IMG/VR virus record: IMGVR_UViG_3300048881_000698
Span: 64,001 to 128,000 of that record
Source of the DNA: a virus
Lineage: Duplodnaviria > Caudoviricetes
Direction: 5' to 3' (one strand)
Length of the DNA: 64,000 nt
Below the pieces are notes generated by a model, which was not told where the DNA came from, did no database searches, and saw only the letters and a list, made by a program, of their open reading frames with translations. The first letter of the stretch is position 1; the number at the start of each line of letters is the position of its first letter. Of this stretch, positions 1 through 9,714 are shown in pieces. The position numbers were made by a program, and so were the translations under genes.

Positions 1-873
1 GAAGTACTTTTTGAGCACAAAATTCCTATCATAAGTTTGACCAGAAAGATAGTCTTTCGACTCTGGATTGTAAAGCCATGCAAAAATTCTTTGCTTTGCT
101 TCTTTTCTTGATGTTGACCCCCTGTAAACATTCTTGGCATTCCACTCATGAATATCTTCTTTTGGTTGTTCTTTATCTGACAGAGCTAAAAGCGTTCGGA
201 GTTCCGCAGCGTTGAAATCGAACTCAACAAACCGATCATTTTTTGGTTTCATGATAGAACGATACTCCTTAGCCAGTGTGAGAATGGGGAAGCTATTTTT
301 CTTTGTTGTCAGCCTCCCCGTCTTTGTGCCAAAGATGTCATATTTTATATAAGGTTCGATGCCTAATATTTTATTGCGCATCTGCCTAGTTTTAAATTTA
401 TAGATTGTCTTGTCTAAAGGGGAAAGATCAATGTTCAACTTTTGGTTCTCTATTTCACAGATAACCTTAGATAAACCTAACAAGAAATCATAATTTTTTG
501 GTTCTTTGTAATTTTCAAAGACATGTTTTGTTATTTTATTTTTGACGTCGCAAAATTCTAACAAGAATCTCTCAGGGACTAAATCAAAAAAACAATTCTC
601 ATTCAAATCAACTTTAGCTTGTTCGAAAGACCTTAAAAATGCTTTAAGCTTATCCGATATTGTTGACCAGCGTCCCTCTAAGTGCTCTGGTAAAGCGGCT
701 TCAGCAGAAGTCCTACCACAATAGAGCCCAGCATATTTAATATCATGTCCATCAAGGTAAGGGGCATAAGACCAAGTTCCACTAAGAACTTCAGGAAAAT
801 TTTCTTTATATATTCTACCATTGCAATAAATCCCAACGCAATCTTCTTTGTTATCTAATGTCTGGAATAACAC
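1..873 (-). CDS. Divergent family A DNA polymerase-like protein (partial, runs off the window; absent from the ORF track)
   Basis: Manual translation from GTG at 873 (MLFQTLDNKEDCVGIY...) is open to base 1. It contains GTKTGRLT (cf. TxTGRLS), motif A-like FVEFDFNAAELRTLLALS, DIHEWNA, and motif B-like RKEAKQRIFAWLY. Confidence 0.8.
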   Translation of the reverse strand, partial: MLFQTLDNKEDCVGIYCNGRIYKENFPEVLSGTWSYAPYLDGHDIKYAGLYCGRTSAEAALPEHLEGRWSTISDKLKAFLRSFEQAKVDLNENCFFDLVPERFLLEFCDVKNKITKHVFENYKEPKNYDFLLGLSKVICEIENQKLNIDLSPLDKTIYKFKTRQMRNKILGIEPYIKYDIFGTKTGRLTTKKNSFPILTLAKEYRSIMKPKNDRFVEFDFNAAELRTLLALSDKEQPKEDIHEWNAKNVYRGSTSRKEAKQRIFAWLYNPESKDYLSGQTYDRNFVLKKYF

Positions 874-888
874 CTTAATACCATTTGT

Positions 889-2205
889 TTAAACACAGCC
901 TTGATAATTTTGACACAATCTGGTATCAGCTTGTGATTTCAAAATTTTAATTACATTATTAATATAATTCATTGTTGAGTTTTTGTCAAGTCTTTTCATT
1001 ATCAAGCCTGCATTTTTTAATATTCGCTTGTAATCAGCTTGTTGTATAGTGAGGCTTTCTTCCTGTATTCTTGCTCTCAAACATATTTCAATCCAGTACC
1101 CCATCTTGTAATCTCTTTCGAGCGCCTCTCTTGTTAGTTTATATCGCCTTTTAAAACTTTTAGTCAACTTTTCTGTCTTGCAAGAGACATTAACAATTTC
1201 AGAAAACGTTGGCGTGTTTGTTACGTAGTTATTATACCAGTTGTAAAAAATTTCTTTAAGCTCTTCGGCATCAGTGAGGTGTGTTTTTTCGTAGTACTGT
1301 TTGAACAAGTTGGAGGCACTGCCGGCGTTGATCACGAGGCCAAATCTTTTTTCTCTTTTTCCATAAGTTTGCATTATTTCTTTATCTTCTTTTCCTGCTT
1401 CTCTACCTTCCGTTATCTGTTCAGTACTTGGAAACACCGTTCTTTCCCACCGGTCTTGTATTTGTGTAGAAGAAATATCTGCGACTAATCTCCATGGCAT
1501 ATACTTGTCAACTAAAAATCCATATTTTATAGCAGTGTTTTTATAGAAACTAAAATTTGAATCAGAAATCCATTTCGATGCATTTTCGCTATCATTTGGA
1601 TTCAATCTGTCTAGTTCTATCATCATCCCGCTTATAAGAGGTGAAGCTAAATTAGATTTTAAGAAGCCCGTTTTTGTTAAAGGAATTTCATGCCCAAAGA
1701 AGTCATAAAATTTTTTAAATTGGTCCATGTAACCGTCAAAGTTTATAACTTTCTTATATCTTTCACTGCCTGGTAAAAAAGTATCTGTGAAAATGCCAAA
1801 AACATTTTCAAGATGTTTGTCGTATTCGAATTGAGGATCTATCCATCCAGCCTTCGGCTCTAATTTAATCATTTCTTGCACGCCGCCGGTGGCCAGCCTT
1901 TGGAATGCCGTTGCTTTCCTAAAGTGTTTTTGCATATCTCTAAAAGCTTCCGCTACAAAATTTAAAGCAAAAACAGGAGGAGACACAGAATCTAACTGTT
2001 TTATTGTAAAAACGTCACCATCTTCCATGTTGCTCTTGGGGATCTCTTTGTTAGTTAACATAACAGCATTTTGATTCTCATCGACTCTGCCATACAGCCC
2101 CACATCGTATTGAAAGTCAATAGGCTTTACACCATCAGGATAACCTTTCTCCTTAATGGTCCGGTTGTGGAAAAAATTAGAATATGAATTAAATGATTCT
2201 GCCAT
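889..2205 (-). CDS. Hypothetical phage protein, 438 aa
   Basis: Long ORF co-oriented with the module; no recognisable motif. Confidence 0.75.
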   Translation of the reverse strand: MAESFNSYSNFFHNRTIKEKGYPDGVKPIDFQYDVGLYGRVDENQNAVMLTNKEIPKSNMEDGDVFTIKQLDSVSPPVFALNFVAEAFRDMQKHFRKATAFQRLATGGVQEMIKLEPKAGWIDPQFEYDKHLENVFGIFTDTFLPGSERYKKVINFDGYMDQFKKFYDFFGHEIPLTKTGFLKSNLASPLISGMMIELDRLNPNDSENASKWISDSNFSFYKNTAIKYGFLVDKYMPWRLVADISSTQIQDRWERTVFPSTEQITEGREAGKEDKEIMQTYGKREKRFGLVINAGSASNLFKQYYEKTHLTDAEELKEIFYNWYNNYVTNTPTFSEIVNVSCKTEKLTKSFKRRYKLTREALERDYKMGYWIEICLRARIQEESLTIQQADYKRILKNAGLIMKRLDKNSTMNYINNVIKILKSQADTRLCQNYQGCV

Positions 2206-2235
2206 CTCTAAATAAATATCACAAATTATTATTTT

Positions 2236-5200
2236 TTACTTGTTATTCGGATTTGTATCGATAGAAACACTTCTTTTTGTGCCCCCGAAAGAATTCCAAA
2301 TACAATTTGCGTCAGTTGTCCAATCAAACTTGTTTCCTCTAAGGATTAATGAGTTTCTGACTTTCGTAATGAAAAAATACCCTCCTAGTCCAAGCCTGCG
2401 TGAAGGAGAATGTAGGGTACCCGGGAGCCCAAAATGAGGAAGTCTAATGTAGATATATTGACCAGGTTTAATTACTGTATTGCCATAAATACTAAAATTG
2501 CATTTATACGGCTCACTTAGTTCTATGGGGTCATCTTTGAATCCCGATTGTGCACCTTTGGCCTCTAAGTACCAGGGCATATCTTGTTTATCAAAGCTTA
2601 TACTTTCAACAGGAGTGCCATCTGTACCCACTTCTAAATAGAGAATGCCATTTTTAATATCTTTAGCTTTGTCACCGCTTAACAGGGTCACTGCGGTGTC
2701 CGTAGTCGCACAAACATAAATAATTTCTTGCGCATTTTTTTGGGTATCCTTACCAAAATTCTCATAAATGCTCTGGCTCTCAGTCAGGGGCGCGAGCATG
2801 TGGGCATGTTCCTTAAGACGCTGCACAGCACCATCAGTCTGATGTGTTTCATGCGCTACGGCAGGGTCACCCGCGGCTGGCACGGTGTCGCGTATCTGGG
2901 CTCTCCACACTCTATCTGCTCCGCGTTCGTCATTATCTGCAGCTGAACTAACAAAATCTCCTACTGGTCTAGCAGCATAAACTTTCCTTGGCGCGTCTGA
3001 GGCGAGAGATATGTGAGCAATATGAGGTCTAATTCCCATTACTGGTTCACCAGTTAGCACACATTTGTTAGTGAGGGCCGCGACAACTAATTCGTTCATT
3101 GCATCTTTTAAAAATGCTTTAAAAGAATATTTTTCTCTCATCTCGTTAACGACGTGAGCAAACCAAAATTCTCTAAACAACTCATAAGATATTGGTAAAT
3201 CCGTTAAGTTGATTGTCACTGGTTTACCTTCTATGGGGTCAAGGTAAGTAACATCCCCCAAAATCACCCTTAATGCACCGGAAGAATGTGGCTTGTATAT
3301 CGGTTGATCGCTGCTATCATAGTTTGGGGCATACCATATGTCTAAACCCATCCCATCTCTAGCTCCGGAGCGAACTATATTTAAAGCTGCGTCGATTAAG
3401 TCCCCAAAATAAAACCAAGTGATGTTTTTCATCCCGCGGGTGGGAGCCTTCGACTTATTCTGGAGGTTTTTTTTCGCCTGTTGAAATTTCTTTGCCGGGA
3501 CAGCACCTTTAGTTCTTTTTCCATCAACGTAGGTTTGCACATTATTTGTGTAATTTCCGGCTTTTGTTTTGTCGCGTTGGACGAGTTTTCCGCTGCTGTG
3601 CTCGACCTTATCATGAAGTTTTTTCAAGATCCTTTTTCGCATTTTGTATACACTATCAGTGCTACCGGCAACGCCATAGTTTACGCGGGCGTCTCGTCTT
3701 CGTCTTACTTCTTCTATTTTAGCGCGGGATTTTTCTCCTCCGCCCTCTTGCCCAATTTCTTTAATCTCCTCTTGTTCGGCTTCTGTAAGCATTCTCTCGA
3801 CGCTTATTTTTCTCCATGGGAGGATGTCCGCTGAGGCATCCAGAGCAATAGTATATATTCTACTGGGCCTAGTTACATTCGTAACGCCCGGGCGGCCTTT
3901 TTTTTCTGATAATTCCTCAAGAATTCTTCCGTATCTTCGTGCCCTAATTTGTGCATCGCTAATACCATGTTTTCTAAGTTCCTTGTCCCACATTCGTTTG
4001 GTTATATAATACGCATGAAAAACATCGACCATAGGATGTTTTTCGCCGTAGCCCCAGGTCTTTAACGCTGAGGACTTAAACCGGCTGGTATTTATTCCAG
4101 TCTCCTCGGGATTATAATCTCCGCGGTTGGTGGGAAAGGCTTCCGAAAAGGAACCCATGATTTCAAAAAGCTCTTCGCTCTTTTTATGCTTCAAAGTCTT
4201 CGACCCCGCGAGGCCGAAGCCTTCTTTGTCTTCAAAGAAAGTAGAAAAATTATATTTGGAAGGATCGAAACTGCCGTCATTATTGGAATTGTTTATGATC
4301 TTCTCATGGAGCGTTTGCAACCACATGTAAACCGGTTCCTTCCTAAGCTTCTCAAGCTTTTCGTTCGAGTGCTCTTCAGATCTTAAAATGTTAGCGTCTC
4401 TCGAGTATAGCGCGGACTCCACAGCACCATTATATTTTATATCCAGTTCAAACGGACCAGAGGGGACGTCTGAACGGAAACCAAAAGTGTGTCTTAGGAG
4501 ATTAAGGAAAAAGCTCACCTTGACACTGCTGATTGCTTTACGAAGATTCTCGGCATATTCCTTGCTGGTCTCTTTCCCAAACATGGATAGTTCTTTATGC
4601 GCCGACTCCAGAAACTCGTCAGTTGGCGGAGCATAGCCAATGTCTATCCGGATTCTAAAATATTTAGGATCCCATGATAAATGTCCAGGTTGTGGGTGTT
4701 GAGGATCATAGCCCCACGTGGGCCTTGTAATTAAATCTGCGAAAGAAACGTATTCATGCTCTAGTCTTCCGTCGGACCAGGCGCCTGTTTCATTAAGAAC
4801 TTCTTTCACGGCTGGCGGCAGAGGATACTTATGAAACATGGCGTCGACAGTTGAAAACCAAAGTTTCATCTGAACGTCTATGAAGTAATCAACCTCCGCT
4901 GGATTGGTACCCAGATAATCATAAGAAAATTCTTTTAACCCAACTCCTAAGTGCCCGGGCGAGGCAGCGTTGAGTCCAGAATAAGCAGCACCTTCCCAAG
5001 TAGTGCCCATTCCTTTGTTCTCCGAGGGGTTCAAAAAATTGTTAAATGGCAACTCTATTGGAACACCTTCTTTGTCCTCGGGACCTCTATAATAAATTTT
5101 AAAAATCTTTATCTCAGGTTGTAAATTGGCCATCAATTCTTTTGGTACACTTTCTATCATCATTTGTGCGTGAGGAGAACTAAGTTTGCTCACAAAAGTT

Positions 5201-5436
5201 AATGAACCCTCGCTGGCTTTATTTGTCGATGAAAGATCAAAGCTCTTATTTAAATCAAGCCGATCTACTTTTAAAATGTTCACAGGCTCGCTTACCAGAC
5301 TATGTTTACGATCAATCTTTGCATCATAATCAGAATAATCTTTCCCGTGAACTCCGCTAAAAAATGACATAAAATCTTTTATAAAGCACTGTTCTGAGTA
5401 AGGGCCAATTCCTTTGTCTTCGTCTGTTACCGCCAT
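2236..5436 (-). CDS. Baseplate hub protein (gp27/Mu gp44/GPD-like), 1066 aa
   Basis: C-terminal YGNTVIKPGQYIYI...LGLGGYFFITKVRNSL...WTT matches the hub-protein C-terminal pattern. It follows the tape measure, tube-initiator and LysM genes. Confidence 0.6.
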   Translation of the reverse strand: MAVTDEDKGIGPYSEQCFIKDFMSFFSGVHGKDYSDYDAKIDRKHSLVSEPVNILKVDRLDLNKSFDLSSTNKASEGSLTFVSKLSSPHAQMMIESVPKELMANLQPEIKIFKIYYRGPEDKEGVPIELPFNNFLNPSENKGMGTTWEGAAYSGLNAASPGHLGVGLKEFSYDYLGTNPAEVDYFIDVQMKLWFSTVDAMFHKYPLPPAVKEVLNETGAWSDGRLEHEYVSFADLITRPTWGYDPQHPQPGHLSWDPKYFRIRIDIGYAPPTDEFLESAHKELSMFGKETSKEYAENLRKAISSVKVSFFLNLLRHTFGFRSDVPSGPFELDIKYNGAVESALYSRDANILRSEEHSNEKLEKLRKEPVYMWLQTLHEKIINNSNNDGSFDPSKYNFSTFFEDKEGFGLAGSKTLKHKKSEELFEIMGSFSEAFPTNRGDYNPEETGINTSRFKSSALKTWGYGEKHPMVDVFHAYYITKRMWDKELRKHGISDAQIRARRYGRILEELSEKKGRPGVTNVTRPSRIYTIALDASADILPWRKISVERMLTEAEQEEIKEIGQEGGGEKSRAKIEEVRRRRDARVNYGVAGSTDSVYKMRKRILKKLHDKVEHSSGKLVQRDKTKAGNYTNNVQTYVDGKRTKGAVPAKKFQQAKKNLQNKSKAPTRGMKNITWFYFGDLIDAALNIVRSGARDGMGLDIWYAPNYDSSDQPIYKPHSSGALRVILGDVTYLDPIEGKPVTINLTDLPISYELFREFWFAHVVNEMREKYSFKAFLKDAMNELVVAALTNKCVLTGEPVMGIRPHIAHISLASDAPRKVYAARPVGDFVSSAADNDERGADRVWRAQIRDTVPAAGDPAVAHETHQTDGAVQRLKEHAHMLAPLTESQSIYENFGKDTQKNAQEIIYVCATTDTAVTLLSGDKAKDIKNGILYLEVGTDGTPVESISFDKQDMPWYLEAKGAQSGFKDDPIELSEPYKCNFSIYGNTVIKPGQYIYIRLPHFGLPGTLHSPSRRLGLGGYFFITKVRNSLILRGNKFDWTTDANCIWNSFGGTKRSVSIDTNPNNK

Positions 5437-5447
5437 AAAATTTCCTG

Positions 5448-5801
5448 CTACTGAGTGTTAGATGAATAAAATAAATGCAAAACATCTGATAGAGGGAACG
5501 GAATATGTAGGACGTCACCATGCTTAAAATCAGACTCCAGCGGCTTTTGATTAAACCATGGTATTATCCACCACAATTTTGTTGTGCCATATGCCTCGTT
5601 CGAAAGCTTAAAAAATTTATCTCCGGTTTTCCATATGTGACTTCGTGTGTTCAAGGACGCAATGTCTGCTGAGGATACATCTTTAAATTCTGCAGTGTTG
5701 TACTGGATTATGTGTGGGAGGCCTCTCTCTGCAAATATTTCACGGTATCTGGAGGAGCCATTATTAAAAGCTACCCTGTTGTCTAATCTTCTACTACTCA
5801 T
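5448..5801 (-). CDS. LysM-like baseplate protein (T4 gp53 / P2 gpX-like)
   Basis: HIWKTGDKFFKLSNEAYGTTKLWWIIPWFNQ...GDVLHIP is a LysM-type signature; synteny agrees. Confidence 0.8.
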   Translation of the reverse strand: MSSRRLDNRVAFNNGSSRYREIFAERGLPHIIQYNTAEFKDVSSADIASLNTRSHIWKTGDKFFKLSNEAYGTTKLWWIIPWFNQKPLESDFKHGDVLHIPFPLSDVLHLFYSSNTQ

Positions 5802-6697
5802 CCACTTCCTAGGCTCCTTTGCACAAGGGCTTCATTGACTCTACTAAGTTGATCCGTACTGACCACAGCCCAAGACTCTAAAAGAACATCGCCTTCAGAA
5901 GTATACGCATAAGGATAGTTAGGTCTTGTAAATTTTACTTTTGTGCCGCCAGGGCCCTCATCATATACTTTCCAGGCTGGCATCTGTTCGTTAAACGGGA
6001 AAAATGTAAAAGACAAGTTGATAAGCTGGGGATATAAAAATCCGGTGTCTCCTTCATCATGAAAAAATCCGGAAGGCAAATCAAAACTATAGTTTATATT
6101 TCCAATGTACCCTGTTAATCCGTCAATTTTGGCGGGGCCACGCGGGTTTTGGTTAGGACCAGTAATTAAATTTTTAAACTTAACCTTGAAAATTGGATCC
6201 CCTCCCGTTTTGATATGGGCACGTTTAACATTCCAGCCGTCGCCGCCGACATGAGACTCATCGGCAAGCGGATATATCATCTTAACCAATAACCCCAGCG
6301 AATGTAAATTAGTTTTAGCCTGAAAAGTGTTGCTGGCTGGTAGATCTATACCAATTTGTATTTGTCTGTCAACAGCTCTCATTTTTCTTATCGGCTCAGC
6401 ATGGCCAACAAAAGTATTGACATCCAAAGCTGTATCAAAACTATCCTGAAATGAGGTCAAGAATGCTTTAAAAACAACGCGGGCTTTAGCATGAAGTGCA
6501 TAAATATCAAGATACAAACCATGCTGATTGGTAAGGTGATCTGAATAATCTGTATATTTTCCAAGGTCAGGCTTAGGCCATGTTCTAAACTGTGCGAATT
6601 TGTCTCCCGCGAATTTGAAGGGATTACCTTCGCCAGATGTGCGTGTGGCGGATCCAACTGGGACTGGTGCCGCGACGGTGGGTGTGGGGTCTGCCAA
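5798..6697 (-). CDS. Tail tube initiator / tube-like baseplate protein (gp48/gp54-like)
   Basis: VFKAFLTSFQDSF...GHAEPI...RQIQIGIDL...GYIGNINYSF...PQLINLSFTF pattern; lies between tape measure and LysM genes; TTG start with AGGAG SD. Confidence 0.6.
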   Translation of the reverse strand: MADPTPTVAAPVPVGSATRTSGEGNPFKFAGDKFAQFRTWPKPDLGKYTDYSDHLTNQHGLYLDIYALHAKARVVFKAFLTSFQDSFDTALDVNTFVGHAEPIRKMRAVDRQIQIGIDLPASNTFQAKTNLHSLGLLVKMIYPLADESHVGGDGWNVKRAHIKTGGDPIFKVKFKNLITGPNQNPRGPAKIDGLTGYIGNINYSFDLPSGFFHDEGDTGFLYPQLINLSFTFFPFNEQMPAWKVYDEGPGGTKVKFTRPNYPYAYTSEGDVLLESWAVVSTDQLSRVNEALVQRSLGSG

Positions 6698-6722
6698 AAC
6701 TGCTTTCTCCTACTCTATAACT

Positions 6723-6730
6723 TAAATAGC
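6723..6730 (-). promoter_or_regulatory. Candidate late promoter GCTATTTA
   Basis: Member of the recurring intergenic ACTAnTTA motif. Confidence 0.5.
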
Positions 6731-6748
6731 CAATTTAATAAATTTTGT

Positions 6749-9100
6749 CTATGTGGGAGTCACTTTAATCCTGCCATTGTCATCCATGATAGTTAAAACA
6801 GCCTGAGTGAGGGCGCGCCCTCCGGCATTAAAATTAATTGGTTGGTTATAAACCTTTTGTGGGCGCGCGGCGCCGCCTCCGCCGCCTCCGGCCACCTCTC
6901 TTTTGGACTCGATCATATATCTTATAATAGATTCGCTGCTATCTTTTTTAAGATGGATGGTTGCCTTTGCATAGTTTTCTGCCGCTCTTGCAATGTCTCT
7001 TGTGCGAGAAGAATCGGAAGAATCAACTGCCTTGGTTGTGTTAACCATCTGTGAAAAAGTTCCTATCGTCTCCCGCGCAGCTGGACCAACTTCTGCCAGC
7101 CTCTCGGTCGCTCTTATCACTTCCTCGTACCCTGAAACTTGCATACCGAATACAAAATCTTTCGTTGCGCCGCCGACGCTCTTCATCGCGCTAGCTAGAT
7201 GAGATAACTGTGGCACTAAGCCTGAACCTGCTATACTCATGGCTGCAGTAGTGGCAGACCCCCCAAGTTGACGAAGGCCGCTCGAAAGCTGGTGGGATGC
7301 GTCCACAAGGTTTGGGGAACTTTTCTTTTCTACCATATTACGGTAAAGCATCGCTATTCCGCCAACGGCTAAAATTGTAAGGGCGCCATTGAGACCAGTA
7401 CTTAGTACTTTCAATGATGTTAATGCAACTGTTAATGATCTTACCACCTGTGTAAGTTTGACAAAGGCTCCTACTCCAGCCATAACTGCTACGACTGTTC
7501 GACCTTCAGTAGTTGCAGCAAATTTAGCAAACCAATCAACCATACCTATAAGCTTATTAAGCAAAGGCTCCATACTGGTGGCCAGAGTCATAAACGAAAG
7601 TCTGAGCCTGTCAGCAATTGCCTTTGTGCGGCGGCCGGCCTCTTCCAATTTTTCTTGTTTGGCGCGAGCGGCTTCCATTTTGGCTGTAGCCGCACTGAGA
7701 GAGTTACCAAAGAACTGGCCAGCATCTCCAACACTTCTAAACCCAGCTGCGGTTGCAAGAGCTTGTCTTTCAAACCTACCTAGAGATTGCCATGTTCGTC
7801 CGGAAGCCTGAAGTGTTTGGTGCAACAGCGCTAGTCTTTCTTTTTCATTTGCATAGACCATCTGAAGACTGTTAAGATACGTTCCCCCCAAGATACCGTT
7901 CAATCTACCAACAGCGTTTGCTGCGCTATCAAAAGTATCAAAATTAGCTGCGACTGTAAAAAGTGTCTGCATTGCCAAGCCAGAAGCTCTTGACTGTTTG
8001 GCTAGGCCAGTCAAAACGATTGTAGCTTGTTGTCCATATTTAGCCAGTTGAGGCATTAAAGCATTGGCTTGTTGCAGAGCAGAATTAACATTCAACTGTA
8101 AAGACTGAGCCATATTGACAAAAGCACTTGTAGCTTGAATTGCTCGCTGCCTACTCATGCCTAGAGTTTGTGTCATTGTTTGCATATAACTGGTTGTTGA
8201 CCGGATATCAACGCCAGCTTCGCTTAGCTTTGAAACAAACAAAGCTACCTCTGTTCTAGCTGACTCTGATGCTCCTTTGAACATTGTCATATTGTTATAA
8301 AGTTCTGCATGGGCGGCGCCTGCTGCGCGCGCATCTAAACCCAAGTTTTTTAAGGCAGTAGATGTTTGTATCACAGAACCTCCAAACCTATCGGCCGCGC
8401 CTGTAGATGCAAAAAATTTAGCACGTAGACCGTCTTGAACGACCATCAATTGTTCAGTGGTCGAAGCCCAAAAACCCATAGCCTTGTTAGCAATTGCAAC
8501 TGATGGCCCAGCCAAACTTCCAATACCTTGATAACTACTTATTATATTCTTTAATTGAAAAGCAATACCGCCAACAGCATTGGCCATGCCGCCAAGAACA
8601 GTTTGGTTAAAATTAGTTCCAACACCAACCAACCCTCCTAATTTACTAGCTAGTCCATTAAATGCTGCGGCCTGCTTTCCTAATTCAATGGTCGACTGTA
8701 CTTGTATTGAAAGTATTCTCGCCTGCTGTGTACGTACATTTTCGTTAACAGCTAAAAGCGATCTAATTAAATTTAACTTTTCCCCTAGGGCTGCGACTTC
8801 TTCCGCAGTCATACGGCTAGTCGCAGAAACGGTCGTCATAATTTTTTCAAGGTGATCTGCTTCACTCTGTAGGATCGTGTCTCCAGACTGATAAAGTCTA
8901 ATTAATTCTTGCCGCTCTCTCGTGAGGGATTGCAGTTTGGTGAGCGCTTGACCATAAGCGCTCGTTTCTTTCCCTTGCAGATGAAGAACCTTTTGCTGCA
9001 GCTCGATTTGTGCTTCGAGTTGCTTCATATACGTGCCCTGTGCCGCGATTAAAGCGGCAACATCTGCTGGTGATGGTGTTGGCGGAGGAGGAGCTGGCAT
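6749..9100 (-). CDS. Tape measure protein
   Basis: 783 aa, Ala/Gln/Leu-rich and helical with hydrophobic segments; downstream of tube and chaperone genes. Confidence 0.8.
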   Translation of the reverse strand: MPAPPPPTPSPADVAALIAAQGTYMKQLEAQIELQQKVLHLQGKETSAYGQALTKLQSLTRERQELIRLYQSGDTILQSEADHLEKIMTTVSATSRMTAEEVAALGEKLNLIRSLLAVNENVRTQQARILSIQVQSTIELGKQAAAFNGLASKLGGLVGVGTNFNQTVLGGMANAVGGIAFQLKNIISSYQGIGSLAGPSVAIANKAMGFWASTTEQLMVVQDGLRAKFFASTGAADRFGGSVIQTSTALKNLGLDARAAGAAHAELYNNMTMFKGASESARTEVALFVSKLSEAGVDIRSTTSYMQTMTQTLGMSRQRAIQATSAFVNMAQSLQLNVNSALQQANALMPQLAKYGQQATIVLTGLAKQSRASGLAMQTLFTVAANFDTFDSAANAVGRLNGILGGTYLNSLQMVYANEKERLALLHQTLQASGRTWQSLGRFERQALATAAGFRSVGDAGQFFGNSLSAATAKMEAARAKQEKLEEAGRRTKAIADRLRLSFMTLATSMEPLLNKLIGMVDWFAKFAATTEGRTVVAVMAGVGAFVKLTQVVRSLTVALTSLKVLSTGLNGALTILAVGGIAMLYRNMVEKKSSPNLVDASHQLSSGLRQLGGSATTAAMSIAGSGLVPQLSHLASAMKSVGGATKDFVFGMQVSGYEEVIRATERLAEVGPAARETIGTFSQMVNTTKAVDSSDSSRTRDIARAAENYAKATIHLKKDSSESIIRYMIESKREVAGGGGGGAARPQKVYNQPINFNAGGRALTQAVLTIMDDNGRIKVTPT

Positions 9101-9111
9101 CTAGTTCTTCC

Positions 9112-9456
9112 TTATCTCAGTGGCCATGCTAGGCCTGTTTGTGTCTCAAATTGTTGAATTGCGTTTTTTAAGCTGCTTGCGCTTTGTAAGGTACCCGGGT
9201 TATTCAATCCATACTTTTGATACTTGTCGATGTAACTACTTTCAGAAGTCAAAGCATCTACAAAGGACTGAATTTCTGATTTATTGCCAGTGAGGTTGAG
9301 GCCGCCGCCTGCACCAGCAAGTATTCTTTCGAGAGCTATAGCAACTTGAGCGCCGAAGGATTCCAAGTAATTTTCAGTCAACTTTCCGCGGCGCGCTGCA
9401 CTCAAATCAATTTCTATAGTTGTGGAAAGCTTTTCTTCATGAAGATTTTTCATCAT
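9112..9456 (-). CDS. Hypothetical protein, 114 aa
   Basis: GGAGG SD and an upstream ACTAATTA motif. Confidence 0.75.
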   Translation of the reverse strand: MMKNLHEEKLSTTIEIDLSAARRGKLTENYLESFGAQVAIALERILAGAGGGLNLTGNKSEIQSFVDALTSESSYIDKYQKYGLNNPGTLQSASSLKNAIQQFETQTGLAWPLR

Positions 9457-9486
9457 TTTCCTCCAAAAGTGATCAAATGTAATTAG

Positions 9487-9714
9487 TTATTTATATTTGT
9501 TTTGACTACTTTTAGTCGCGGTTTGCATTTCGGCATGCTCCATGTCTAACTGTTCTGCCAATTTATTGACAAACCAATCCCTTATTCTCACAGGAAGATT
9601 GTAGGCTTCTGTGAAACTCCAGCCGCCATAATATTTCATATAGAAGAACTGTTCATAAACAGATTCAATATATTTATCGCCTAGGCCAAAAAAAGTCCGC
9701 CGTAAACGGAACAT
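9487..9714 (-). CDS. Tail assembly chaperone C-terminal extension (probably reached by frameshift from the upstream gene)
   Basis: YEQFFYMKYYGGWSFTEAYNLPVRIRDWF resembles the second tail-chaperone ORF. It overlaps the upstream gene at a U7 run and has no SD before its ATG. Confidence 0.65.
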   Translation of the reverse strand: MFRLRRTFFGLGDKYIESVYEQFFYMKYYGGWSFTEAYNLPVRIRDWFVNKLAEQLDMEHAEMQTATKSSQNKYK

